64,000 nucleotides of DNA from Eledone cirrhosa (taxonomy: Eukaryota). Numbering within the stretch: the first letter of the stretch is position 1; each line of letters begins with the position of its first letter. The stretch covers positions 365,428,001-365,492,000 of the forward strand of contig OZ024743.1 of NCBI GenBank assembly GCA_964016885.1, in the 5' to 3' direction. The notes beneath the pieces are model-generated. The model ran no database searches and was not told the origin of the DNA. It saw only the letters and a program-made list of their open reading frames with translations. Shown one piece after another: positions 34,374-47,867 of this stretch. A program made the translations under genes and the position numbers.

Positions 34374-35644
34374 ATCAGTGTCATAGTTGGAATTAATGAT
34401 GCCATGATTAGTTTACCTGGGAGTTGACGAATTAAGTTTAATTTTTTAACGTTAGATTGATCAGTATAAAATTGATCTGCCGGACATTGAAGTTTTCATA
34501 AGTCTTAAGATATAGATATTTTTCAAAATTTGTTTTGTGTAATTATATATGCACATGTTTAAGAGTTTGTCACGTTAAACAAAAATAAGAAGCATTCTGT
34601 CTTTTCCTTGGATTCTTCTCTCTGGAATAGTAGCTATCAAACACAACTTTATATATCAAAACAGCCTTATAAATCCACCGACACACATAGCAGCGAGCAG
34701 TTGAAAACTGATTTATTGCTTTTTATACTAAACCAAGTGATATTGTAGCATAATGTTATGTAAAACTTTGCTAGGTTACGTTCCAAACACCAGATTAATT
34801 TTGAGAAAGTTATACTAAATCCCTCCAAATTTTTGATTATTTCAAAAATACTTGAAAATCAGTCAATGTCTTCCTTAGAAACATGGTAACACAATATCGT
34901 AACGTTGGAATTATATGTTTATATGTTCAATAGCTAATATCAGAGTCGACCTGAGGTTATAGCAAAGGCAATTATCCTGGATGCCATACTTGGTACCTAA
35001 TGATTTCAAAGCAAATTTTGTAACCAGTCATCCATGCCTGCATCTTCTACTGTTTAATATGATATAGATAAGAGAAACATTATTCTATCACTTTTCAATT
35101 TGATTCCTAATTATGTAACGTAGCAACAATACTTGTAGAATGTGGTTTGGTTGGCAATATACAAAAAGGTAAATACTTAGCGGGAAAGTTAAAAGGAAAA
35201 CTAATTTCTTATATCGCATTAACATCTCAAATTCACACCGTAGAACATTTCAATAGGATTGCATTCATATATTTTTGAAAAGCACGAACGACCAAGATAA
35301 ATAATTAGGATCGGAAAAGTTAATTTTGGAAGTGCTTTGACCTTACTCGAGAATTATATCCTATACGACATTTTCAAAATAATGTAGGAGAAATACTGAT
35401 TTTGACAACTACCAGATAGAAAATGTAGGAGTCCAGCCTAAATGGAAAATTTAGGTTCCATTGCTTATTAAGAATTTTATCCACCAGTCCTATAGAGAAA
35501 TGTGTTATGATTGAGCAATAGTTCAAGATGGTCGACTGAATACGTACGTGTGTTTTTTTTTTCCTATTTTTTTTCCTCATTTTCCCCGTCCTTCCTCTTA
35601 TCACTCTTTACTCTCTATTTATCTTCTATTTCTAACTCTATCTT

Positions 35645-35673
35645 CTGATGAAGGACTAGTGTCCGAAACGTTA
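35645..35673 (+). ncRNA. Minimal hammerhead core in a pLTR-like remnant
   Basis: CTGATGA-a-GGAC tagt GTCC-GAAACGTT, palindromic stem III; stem I not evident. Confidence 0.5.
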
Positions 35674-35770
35674 AAACTCTCTTCTTGCTATTTCAAGCTT
35701 TAAACTAATATATTTCTTCCATGTACTGTGCCATTTGTTTTGTTATTTTTGTTATTTTTGCCTGCATGTT

Positions 35771-35908
<138 letters not shown>

Positions 35909-36059
35909 CTCTCTCTATATATATACATATATTGTTATTTTTATATTAAAGTTCATACACTTAACATGTATGCGCGACCTAAGGTTTCGGGGCCCAGTTA
36001 TGGCTATCACAGTATAGTGGAAAAGCGGTTCGAAACTTGGCTTTCCTTTTCAGGCGCAA

Positions 36060-36108
<49 letters not shown>

Positions 36109-36229
36109 AGGTGAGTTTTATTGTAGTACAGTAAAGCAATGCAGATATCGGATAAGAAGCACTCTACAGTTTGTAGGACTGGAGTATACATAATATATAA
36201 GATCAAAAGATGGTTAAAAGAGTTCCATG

Positions 36230-36300
36230 TATTTTATTATGCGCATTTCAAAAACAAATATCATCATGCAATAATATTTGTGTTTTCATCAGATAAAACA
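36230..36300 (-). ncRNA. Type I hammerhead ribozyme in the inverted pLTR
   Basis: Reverse complement of 39054-39124. Confidence 0.65.
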
Positions 36301-36687
36301 GGAAGACATGATATGAAGGTTAAAAAACACTTGTGTATAGTGCAATTTTAAATCAACATATGAAAAGTAGTTTTAGATTGATGTGTGATATTGGGAAAAA
36401 AAATGTTGAGGGGGGTGGGGGGTGGAAAGGATGAAAAAGAGGAGGAGATGAGAGTAAAAAGGGGAGGGGGAGGAGTATAATGAGGAAGGATGAGATAGGA
36501 GGAGAGATGGGTGATAGAGAGAGAGAGATAGCTTTTATAACTGAGAAAAATATATTGTTTTACATAGAGAGGTTGAAAAACCGTTGGAAGATAATGTATA
36601 AATTAAAAGAATTTGAAAATTAACGAAGAGAAAAATAATGTAAAGTTAAGGTTTGTATATTGAAGGGTTTAATAGATGAAAAGAAAT

Positions 36688-38099
36688 TCATCCCAATTGA
36701 CAGATTTAATTGGTATCTTTATTTTGAACTCTTTGAGTCGGAAAATTCCTCAACTTCGCGGTGGAATTTATCGTGACGATCGACTCTTTACTATCTTAAA
36801 TTGCAACATAGTTAACCTTAATATTATTAAGAACAATATACGTAATCTCTTTAACCAACATAACTTAAAAATTGAATTTGATAACAGCATCAAACTAGCT
36901 AATTTCTTGGATGTATCTCTTAATCTTGACACTGGCCTATATTACCCTTACCATAAAAACAATGAGAACCTAAATTGTGTTAATTTTAGATCTAACCACC
37001 CTACTAATATTAAGAATGCTATAGTTAGTAATATTGGAAAAAGAATATCTAACCTATCTTCTAATAAAAATATCTTCGATGCTAACGCCAATTACTATAA
37101 TAACGCGCTTTCTAAAGCCGGCTATCCTGATAAAATCAAATATAGTAAAGAAACAAATTCTAGAATATCTTACAGTAGAATAATTAATCATGATCATTCC
37201 AATAACTTTAATAAAAGACCTAGATACAAAAACATAATCTGGTATAATGCTCCTTTCCCCATCTCTATTAATAATAATATTCCTAAATTATTCTTTAGTG
37301 CCTTAAATAAATGCTTCCCTCCCTCACATATCTATAGTAAAATATTTAACAAACACACTATAAAATTTTCCTATTCGACATCCTCCAACATTTCCAACAT
37401 TATCTCTAAATACAACAATAAAATACTAAATATAAATCTCTTCCTTCCAACACTGAATATCATAATAATAGTAATAGTACTCCCGACGTCATTGTAAACT
37501 CTAGGCTAATTTCTGCAAACCCCAATACAACGTCAAACACAACTTCGCTAAATGTTCTTAATCCCATTCTAAATCAAGAAACTATTATTCCTATCACAAA
37601 TAACTTCTCCAATCTAATTCCTTCTATAGATAACACTAGGTCACTCGTTAATAATCTCTCTAATCGCAATTGCAATTGCCCTGTTAAAAATAAATGTCCT
37701 CTCAACAACCATTGTCTTGATAAAAACTTAATCTACGAATGTAAAGTTATAACTGACACCAATTCCTTCACCTATTTTGGCTCCACTTCCACCTCCTTTA
37801 AAGCTCGTCTTTATAATCATCATTCGTCTTTTAAATACCAACTTAAAAGAACCAACACGGCTCTCTCAGAACTCATATGGTCCTTGAAAGACAAAAATAT
37901 TAAATATAACATCTCTTGGAAAAAGGTTTGTTCTGCTTCTTCATACTTGAACAGTTCTCTATCCAAGACTTGCAATCTCTGTCTAAATGAAAAATTTACC
38001 ATTATATCTAATTTAGATTCTATAATAAATAGACGCACTGACTTGTTTTCTCTCTGCTTGCATACATTCCACAGAACATTCCATAAAGTATACAGCTAA
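36688..38099 (+). pseudogene. PLE polyprotein remnant: RT C-terminal half + GIY-YIG endonuclease, frameshifted
   Basis: IYRDD, NFLDVSL, SNHP, IIWYNAPF, KIFNKHTIKFSYS; then CNC..KNKCPLNNHC, LIY...YFG..FKARLYNH, CNLCLNEK. Confidence 0.85.
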
Positions 38100-38530
38100 T
38101 ATCCAATACTTTATCAATTTAGAATCCTTTTCTCAAAGGCACATATATATATACTTCTTTAAAAATATACCCATCTTTCTACCTTATTTCAAAGTTATTT
38201 ATTATACATTATATAATACTTGTTACTCATTCTATATCACTCCTATTTACCACTTCCCTTTCTTCCTTTTCCTTTTCTTTTCTTTTTCTTTTAATTTCTA
38301 ACCCCTAATCTGTACCTTTTCTCACTGTGCCTAACATAGAAACAATTATTACACAATACAATATATTCTTACCTTATATCACCTTGAAAAAATCCTTCGT
38401 AAACATAAACACATTTTTTTGACGTTAGATTATTCATCCGCAATTCATTATTTTTTTCTCCCTTTCATCTAACTTATTCATGCTCATCTCACAATATATC
38501 CTTACTTACATTACTTTTGTTTTTTTAATA

Positions 38531-38700
38531 ATACATATCAACATTTTCTTTCCATCGCACATATTATTAAACCCTTAAATATTATTCTTTATACATATTA
38601 ACATTTTCTTTCCATCGCACATATTATTAAACCCTTAAATATTATTCTTAATACATATTAACATTTTCTTTTCATCGCACATATTATTAAACCCTTCAAT
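38531..38700. repeat. 60-bp tandem repeat, about 3 copies, in the PLE 3' region
   Basis: atacatat(c/t)aacattttcttt(c/t)catcgcacatattattaaaccctt repeats with period 60. Confidence 0.9.
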
Positions 38701-39053
38701 ATACAAACCTTAACTTTACATTATTTTTCTCTTCGTTAATTTTCAAATTCTTTTAATTTATACATTATCTTCCAACGGTTTTTCAACCTCTCTATGTAAA
38801 ACAATATATTTTTCTCAGTTATAAAAGCAATCTCTCTCTCTCTATCACCCATCTCTCCTCCTATCTCATCCTTCCTCATTATACTCCCCCCCCCTCCCCT
38901 TTTTACTCTCATCTCCTCCTCTTTTTCATCCTTTCCACCCCCCCTCAACATTTTTTTTCCCAATATCACACATCAATCTAAATCTACTTTTCATATGTTG
39001 ATTTAAAACTGCACTATTCACAAGTGTTTTTTAACCTTCATATCATGTCTTCC

Positions 39054-39124
39054 TATTTTATCTGATGAAAACACAAATATTATTGCATGATGATATTTGT
39101 TTTTGAAATGCGCATAATAAAATA
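39054..39124 (+). ncRNA. Type I hammerhead ribozyme in the PLE pLTR
   Basis: Stem I tattttat/ataaaata, CTGATGA, long stem II, GAAA, palindromic stem III ATGCGCAT, cleavage triplet AUA. Confidence 0.75.
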
Positions 39125-39154
39125 CATGGAACTCTTTTAACCATCTTTTGATCT

Positions 39155-39222
<68 letters not shown>

Positions 39223-39410
39223 ATACTTTGGGAGGGTCATACTGCCAATAAAAACACACGCACCTGTTGATTTTCACTTCAATTTATAAGTTTCCGGTTG
39301 GTTGGTTGGTTCGATAACCGGAAGGTTGTTTATATATTGTCAACGCTCTTTCGTCACACATCTGTGACCTCGTCAGTGACTAGGTTTTTATTTGTGTGTA
39401 TTTTATTAGT

Positions 39411-39449
<39 letters not shown>

Positions 39450-39625
39450 ATATTTGGGGAGAATCATATTGTTATAATATTGCCAGAAATATTATAATAA
39501 AACACACTCACTGTTTGGTTTGGGTTGGTTTTTGCTTCTGTATATTTTATATTCCTATAGTTAATTTAGCTGGCAATCAATGTTTATCATTGATTGACCA
39601 ACAGTTAAAAATATATATATAAATA

Positions 39626-40048
39626 TACGATATTAAATAAATGAAAACTATATTTATAAAACCATATCTATTTCACCATATATATTTCAGGGATATCATA
39701 TTAAAAATATGGTATGCCTTCATCAGACAAAATACAATATAAACAGTCTTATAAATAGATAGATTTGACATACCTTACACTTCAACTTCCATTTAAAAAG
39801 TTGATTTGGTACTACGAAATCAACTTTTTAAATGGAAGTTGAAGTGTAAGGTATGTCAAATCTATCTATTTATAAGACTGTTTATATTGTATTTTGTCTG
39901 ATGAAGGCATACCATATTTTGTCTGATGAAGGCATACCATATTTTGTCTGATGAAGGCATACCATATTTTTAATATGATATCCCTGAAATATATATGTTG
40001 AAATAGATATGGTTTTATAAATATAGTTTCCATTTATTTAATATCGTA
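39626..40048. repeat. Near-perfect long palindrome (~180 bp arms) of a pLTR-like sequence, with a 25-bp triplication in the right arm
   Basis: Centre at 39808-39816; tattttgtctgatgaaggcatacca x3 at 39890-39964. Confidence 0.9.
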
Positions 40049-40539
40049 AATATACTCCAATTACTTGTTGAGTGCTTTTATATCAGTTATAAATATTTAC
40101 TCGTTGTAACCCAACAATTTAAATAAAACTTTGCATATATAAATATATATATATAGTTTCTCAGAGTTCTTTCCTCACACACTTGTGACATCATCAATGA
40201 TAGTGATATAAAATATACGGAAGCGAAAACCAACACAAACCAAACAGTGAGTGTGCTTTATTATATATTTCTGGCAATATTATAACAATACGACCCTCCC
40301 AAATATAACAATAGTTTTTTCAACACACGATTTCATACCAATAACCTTGCAAAACAAATTCATCGCCGTATATATATATATAATTACAACAGTGACAGAC
40401 TGAATGGGTTGGGGTCCAAAACCCAACGAAACTTAAGTACCTGTTTATGTCTCTGTTTATATTAAACTCGTCCTATGGACCGAGCGCTCTTACCTTTGGA
40501 TATCTCTACTAACTTTCACTACAGTATATATATATATAT

Positions 40540-41253
40540 ATAAAGAATTAATATCTAGTAACATATATATACATACAGATGCATATCAATGCTAGCAAAT
40601 ATATAGGTTTTGTCTTAGTAACTTTGTGGTTCAATGCATGGGGTTGCAGAACAATAATATGAGAGACGTAAAATAAGAAAATTATAAAATTAACTTTCTT
40701 ACTAAAATTTCACTCCCAACTAATTAGTTTCTGAAATGGAATAAATATACTTTCCGAAGAAAATATAGAGAAGCATTTCGTCGTCAGGGAAGACTATTCT
40801 CAGCTAAGTATCCAGGCAAAGCGTGGACTCTGGAAACTTATTCAAAAATAATTCAGTGGATAGAAAATAGCAAAGCGTGGACTGAATTCCTAGCCATTGA
40901 GAAAATCACTGCCTCTTCGTCGGTGGCAAATTCAAAAAGAATCAATCACGTGACATCGAGGTCAATCAGTGGAAAGTGGTTTGTTAATAAGACAGCGGCC
41001 TGCCTGCTACCATAGCAGCAGTATTGGCCAATATTGCTCGACAAATAATTTGGAGATAATTATAAAGAATTAATATCTAGTAACATATATATACATACAG
41101 ATGCATATCAATGCTAGCAAATATATAGGTTTTGTCTTAGTAACTTTGTGGTTCAATGCATGGGGTTGCAGAACAATAATATGAGAGACGTAAAATAAGA
41201 AAATTATAAAATTAACTTACTTACTAAAATTTCACTCCCAACTAATTAGTTTC
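40540..41253. repeat. Two ~192-bp near-identical direct repeats (40540-40731, 41062-41253) around a ~330-bp spacer
   Basis: Direct comparison; one visible mismatch; starts at a TA run. Confidence 0.85.
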
Positions 41254-42591
41254 ATGATCCTCCCAAAATATGTACACATATATATTAGTGTATGTGTGTG
41301 TACAGGTAGTGTATATGATGTAATTATTAGTAAGACAATAGTATATAAAATAACTGAAATGTGTTTTCAAAAAGCCTCTCTCAAATTCCAAGGTTCGTGC
41401 AAATTTATCTGGAGTGATATTAACAATTAAAATATTTCAGACCTTCTTTATTCTTCTGACCAAAACTCTACAACTAAAAATTATGTGGTTTGTTTGATTT
41501 AAAAGCTACTTCAGATTAGTAAATTGCATATATTTGTTCATTGTTATTTTTTTCTCATTTTTTATTCAATTGAAATGGAATTTAGGCCTGGGTGTATTCA
41601 CCTTTACGTATAAATATATTTATCTTATTTTTTATGTACTAATTCGTTAATTCTTCGGTGCAGCAATTGTATTTTTTAAACAGGTTGCCAGTTAAGTAAT
41701 TCATGTCACAAGTTATACAATAAGAAATTCGAAATATAGCTATTATCCACTTATATCGTGTTGAAGGGATTGGTCTTAAAAAATATTTTCTTTTTACTCC
41801 ATTTTTTTACACGAAGAATGAAAACAAAAATAACATTTAAATATTATGGATAAGTACGTAATTTTTTCATTCGGTCCGTTGCATTTTCTAAAACCCATAA
41901 AGGCACAATCGGAAGTCACGTAGGTCTGTTTTTTATTTATTTTTTTTTTTTTTACTTTAACATCAGTCTGTTCAGTAAGCTGTAACATGCAAATTCATAT
42001 TTTGATTTACAGACAAGTTGTACATGATTTCATATTACACTCCTCAGTGAGAAGCCAACACAATAATAATATTATTGGCCATTTTAAACATAGAGCTTGT
42101 AACCTCTAATTTCCCTTACTCCAATTTCACCCCTATCATTTCTAGCGTAAAGGCAACGTAGCATAACACAGCTTTGTTCAAAATATATGCTAATCTATAC
42201 TCTAGGAGGTGTTGTTAGCATTATAAAGGAACATCTAACAGCGTGCTATAAGTTTTCCGCCAACATATGCAGGTATTTAAATGTATATGTAAATATTAAT
42301 ACAGTAAGTTGGTATCAGTCAGAAAACATTCAGGAGAGTTGTTTTTCATCTTAATCAGAAAGAAGATACGATTGCATTTTAATGTTTCCCCTTGCAACAG
42401 CTAGCTCATAACTGTTGACTCGGCATTGCAAGCTAGCAAATCACAACGAATCAGAATACTACTGTACACACACACACACACACACACACACTCATGGGCA
42501 CACACACACACACACATACACACTCATGGGCACACGCACACACACACACACATACACACACAAACACACACGCACATACATACATACATAC

Positions 42592-43114
42592 ATGATGGCT
42601 GAAACTCGATTTCGAATAATGCCATAGCTTGATACCTAAGCATGAGTATCAATCACTGACATGGATGTTTAGTTCTGCTACGGACTTGCTTATGGCCAGC
42701 AATACCATGCATCGCAAAACATGTTACATATCAAGCTATGCCTGTGCTTGAAGCTTTTGTAAGTGAGGAAAGGCTTTGCACAGGGCCAATCCCATTCTCT
42801 GAACATCCAATGCATTTACCCCAAAAGAAGAACTGGTCTACATCATTGGATAAAGACGAAGTTTCAGGTTTTATATGAGTGTAACTTCTCCTAGAGAGAT
42901 GTCTTAATGAAGACGAGGAATTTCTCGCTCCACAAAAAAAAAAAGACTTTAGAGGATGGCCGTTGACTCGCTTGAGTTCCTCTGCCCTTTGACGGGTTTT
43001 GTTTTTCATCCGTGGGGTTTCCATATTCACCCTTCTCACCGAGAACGCTTGGTAGGGTTGCCTGTTTAGTCGCCGACGATCCGATCTTGCGCACGTTGTA
43101 CTGCGAGCTGACAT
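42592..43114 (-). mobile_element. Short non-autonomous RTE-derived element (variant a) in (CATA)n
   Basis: Shares the 5' block GGCGACTAAAC.GGCAAC...AAAACCCGTCAAAGGGC and the 3' end CGAGTT.CAGCCATCATG(TATG)n with neighbours and with 52261-52872. Confidence 0.7.
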
Positions 43115-43160
43115 TACATGCATATATACATAATACATACATGCATGCATACATACATAC

Positions 43161-43594
43161 ATGATGGCTGCCAACTCGTTTTCGAGTACGGCCACTACTT
43201 TATATCCATGTAGAAGAACCCCTACCGATGCGCTGAACAAGTGTGACTTTTTAGTCCAGCCAGCGACTTGAAAACTCTGGTACAAACACTACACTTGTGA
43301 CAATTATTGACACATAGTGCTGGGCCCATGGTACCATGTGACGACAAGTGCAGAGAGATCTCCAGATATAAAGCAATGCCTGTGCCGTGAAGCTCTTAAG
43401 AGTCAATGGCCATCCAAAATCACCGGGAGAGATGACCCCTTAGCCTTTGTCAAGGCAGAATTCTAGGAGAAGGAAAACTCTGATATAACACTTGCAACCC
43501 TGATGGTATCCAATGATGTTGACTTGTTCTTCTTTTTGGTAAATATCATCTTGGTTAAGAGAGTGGGACTGGCTTTGTGCAGTGCCTTTGCTCA
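43161..43594 (-). mobile_element. RTE-derived element (variant b) with a 5' inversion
   Basis: 43161-43393 matches 52262-52495 directly; 43391-43594 matches about 52503-52705 in reverse complement. Confidence 0.8.
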
Positions 43595-43675
43595 CATACA
43601 TACATACATACATACATACATACATACATACATACATACATACATACATACATACATACATGCATACATACATAC

Positions 43676-44186
43676 ATGATGGCTGCAAACTCTGCTAAGA
43701 ATATTGCAATTGCTTGTCAGATTACAGAAAATGGTACACTTTTAGGCTACGACCAGGCACACAAACCTGTAACATATCCTGAACAAGCAACGCCTGTACT
43801 TTGAAGGTTTTTTTGATGTGGGGAAAGGCCTTGCACTCGACCAATCCCGCTATCTGTGCATTGAAAACACTACCCGAAAAGGAGAACTGGTCAACATCAT
43901 CGGATGTTTTTCAGAGTTTCCCTTTCTTAGAAAGGTGTTGTGACAACAACTGGGGGCCTTTCACTCCCAGGTGAAATAAAAAAAAGTACTATTTGGATGG
44001 CCGTTGGCCTTGCTGAGTTCCTCCGCTCTTTGCCGGGTCTTGTATTTCATCCCACAGGGTGTCCAAATATCACCCTTCTCACGAAACAAGTTTGGTGGGG
44101 TTGCCGGTTTAGTCGCCGATGACCCGACCATAAGACACGTTGTACTGCATTACATCTTACCAGTAGCACTCAAGACCGATCTGACA
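43676..44186 (-). mobile_element. RTE-derived element (variant c) in (CATA)n
   Basis: Same conserved 5' and 3' blocks as variants a and b; CATA runs on both sides. Confidence 0.7.
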
Positions 44187-44229
44187 TGCATACATACATA
44201 CTGACATACATACATATATACATACATAC

Positions 44230-44395
44230 ATGAGGATTGCAGCGTATTCACAGATGATTGCCGTCTGTGAGTTCGTAGATGACTTTGTAGACCAGATGTA
44301 GATCTGCATGGTTTACGACACAGGTGACAGAAGAGAGTTATGCTTTCCACACGACCGGTGGGATCAGCCTCTAGGGTCACCATGTGGGACACAAT
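44230..44395 (-). mobile_element. 3' fragment of an RTE-like LINE with a C2H2 finger and (TATG)n tail
   Basis: CHLCRKPCRSTSGLQSHLRTH immediately before the tail. Confidence 0.6.
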
Positions 44396-44630
44396 CTTTA
44401 TATATATTTATTTGACAGTAGCACTAAAATCACCGTTTCGGCATAATATAGGTGTATATGAAAGCATATTCAAACAAGAAATATGTGTTTATATACAATA
44501 CGCATAGGGTAGCCTCGCTATCAAAGACAATAGTTTTTTCCTAAGGAAAACAATTTTCTTCTGTAATTTCCTATGTGAATATATCACAGAGTTGCGCCGT
44601 TTTTATATCTGCGTATATATGTATGCAGAT

Positions 44631-44832
<202 letters not shown>

Positions 44833-44843
44833 ATATATATATA

Positions 44844-44891
<48 letters not shown>

Positions 44892-46167
44892 TAGTTAGGT
44901 GTGTAACTGTAGTTACAGGCGGCACACCGGTCGAAGCACTCGATGCTGCTTCGTATGAGGTCTGTCTCGTATTGGGTAGTATTCCAGAGTTAAGGCGGTT
45001 GTAGAGTGCAGAGTGTAAATAGAGTAAGTGGAATCGAAGTTAGTGGTGCAGCATATGTACAACCCCCTCTCCCTCTCTTTCTCTCTCTCTCTCTCTCTTT
45101 ATATATATATATATATATATAGTAATAATAATAAATGTGAAGACTAAAATCCAAAGAGATCTCGATAAGGATAAATATATATCAAATATATAAGAACTAT
45201 TGAGCAAATATTTATTAAAATAACAGATTAAAGTTTAAGTAAAGAATCGCTGCTTTCACCCTTAACGGGATCTTCTGAAACTAAAATATTTCGAAAAACG
45301 TTGCAGCCGAAGGAAAACAGGAAGACGATACTTTGGTTCGTGAAGACGTTCCCTGGCAAAAAAAAAACAGAAAAAAGCGAAGATAATACGTCTTATATGG
45401 AGCTTTGAGAACAAATAGACGCAAAGACAAAACCACGTTTATGGTATAAATGGAGTCATTAGACTAATATTCTATTTAGGAAACCGAATGTGTGTGTGTT
45501 ATGTATGCATTTATGCGTGTGTATTTCTATATGTATACACACTTATATATATATGTATACACACACACATATATATATATATGTGTCTGTATACGTTCGT
45601 ATGTGTGCGGGTACATGTGTCGCGCCGGGCTTACGTACGTGTGCGTGTGTTTATGTGTTTGTGCATGTATATGTACGTACGGCGTTTTCGCGTATGCACG
45701 TGTATGTACGTATATAGATGTGTGTATGTATATATTTAATTATTATTACTTTCATGATTTTCATAACCTCTGTCATTTTCGTTCAACAAATTTATTTACA
45801 TTATTCTTAACTCCGAAGCTGAGAATCATTCGGTTTCCTAAATAGAATATTAGTCTGTGACTCCATTTATACCATCACGTCCAAACAAACGGAAAATACT
45901 TTTATTAATGTTTGTATATTTTCTATCTATTTCACTTTCTCTTTTACTTCTCCTTCGTCTTGACTAATCAAAATGTTGGGCCTAGTCGATATCTTTTCAG
46001 TTGTAGCTCATGGGTTAGTGGCAAATATTCTCGAATTTGTAAATAGTCCTTAACACTATCTTCTTGTCCTTTGTCCATTTGCTATTCCCAATTGTGAACT
46101 AGAGCCAGTTGTAGCAATGTTAAAGAACTGAAATACACGATCGACTGTTCATTTTCCTGTCTTCGCC

Positions 46168-46231
<64 letters not shown>

Positions 46232-47700
46232 CTGTGTGTGTGTGTGTGTGTGTGCGTGCGTGTGGTGTGTGTGTGTGTCTGTGTGAGTGTGTGTACACAT
46301 ATGTATATATATATATATATATGTACGGAAAAACATATATACATCCGTAAATACATACAACGTACATACAATGTAATTTTCATGCTAAAATGCATGAAAG
46401 TATTAGAAAGAAATTGTCTACGGCAACAGAACGTTGTTGCCGTATCTGTTGAAGACAACAACTGAAAGAAGTTACATCTGTAGTCAATAAAGCACTTGTT
46501 TTCCTCGGTTTACTCAAATCTTGTTATAAATTGTTACGTTTGCCGTGTATTTTTCTTATTATTTCCTTTTGTATATTTTTTTGTAAATTGTGTTTTACCT
46601 TTTATTCTTTTTCCTTTCGTTTTTTTTTTCCTTTGCGATGTGCGACATTTTCGAACGTCGTAACATTCCACCTATATATATATATATATACTTACACATA
46701 CATGCCCCACACACACACACACACGTTAAGCAGTCTGCTAAAAACGTATGCACCCTCATGACAGAATGTGAAATTTTAGACAGATACAAGATGAATTTTA
46801 GATATGAAAGAATGTGAAAAAAATCAACACTGAAATCACAGGAAATAGCAGAAACCATTTAGCTCCATACCCCCAAAGGCATGGCTGTGTTGCTAATAAA
46901 TTTTATTTAGAATCGACGTAGGCATGAGTTCGATCTCACAGCGCAGAAAATATTTTTTGGGGTACGTGTCTTCTACAACAGTAGGGCTGACCGATACCTT
47001 AGATGGAAACTGTACAGAAACGTGTCACATCTATATTTGTGTGCATGTGCTTGTCTCTGAGTTTTCCTGTATGTGTCCATATTTAGGTTCAAGCCTTTGA
47101 TAAGGCACAGCCGGTCATAACACGTGTTGTGTCAGAAAACTAACTTAGCCACTTATTTAAATAAGTATCACACTGAAGTCGATATGTTCCACTAAAACAC
47201 TTTAAGACACCACCGTTATATATATATATATATTGGCTTGGCAAGATATTTAGAAGGCTTTATTTCCCTCTGAAGAAGAGATATTATCTCGAAAATTTAG
47301 GACATTTAAATAAATCTAAGGTAAAAGACGATTTGTCAACAATATCTTTTGCAATTGCATTCTTTTTTCTATGTCCATACCTGCATTGTTTTGGCTTTAT
47401 TATACATATTCAAACGTTTATATATACATAAAGATATTCGTTTTCAAATATAAAAACTGGAAAGATGTAGGTGAAAATGTTATATCAGTTCAAAATATGA
47501 TAATTTATTATAATAAACTGTGCACACGGTTAGATATAATATTCATAAAAAAATTATTTGAAGACATATCGTGTTAGATTACACGTGGAGCAAATTATTC
47601 GTTAAAATACGGTACCAAACACCTACTTACAACATAATTTAATTTACAATTGTTTCATCCCCGTTGAACTAATTACATACTATGTAATTATATAAAATGA

Positions 47701-47744
47701 TTGATTCCGATGAGTCCCACTGCGATGAAACAATTGTAACTCAA
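47701..47744 (+). ncRNA. Degenerate hammerhead with a partial inverted copy upstream (about 47606-47661)
   Basis: CCGATGA-gtc..gat-GAA-ACAATTGT-A, stem I ttgatt/actcaa. Confidence 0.45.
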
Positions 47745-47784
47745 ATTATGATGTAAATAAGTGTTTGGTAAAATATTTTAATGA

Positions 47785-47867
<83 letters not shown>

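Larger units (their letters stand above)
36191..39163 (+). mobile_element. 5'-truncated Penelope-like element (Neptune-like: RT, Cys-rich linker, C-terminal GIY-YIG) with an inverted 5' pLTR copy
   Basis: 36191-36686 is the reverse complement of about 38665-39163; RT and GIY-YIG remnants lie between; the 3' end abuts (TA)n. Confidence 0.88.

Noticed and set aside
36676-36690. Native start codon for the 273-aa PLE ORF
   Set aside because: The ATG region belongs to the inverted pLTR copy; the RT is 5'-truncated
38531-38700. CRISPR-like array (also the 25-bp triplication at 39890-39964)
   Set aside because: Plain tandem repeats with no unique spacers, no cas genes, and a eukaryotic context
44150-44392. 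Host C2H2 zinc-finger gene exon
   Set aside because: A single finger directly followed by an RTE-type tail and TATG repeats; better explained as a LINE 3' end
46731-46860. Tc1/mariner-like terminus cagtctgctaaaaacgtatgcaccc
   Set aside because: No matching second TIR or transposase found
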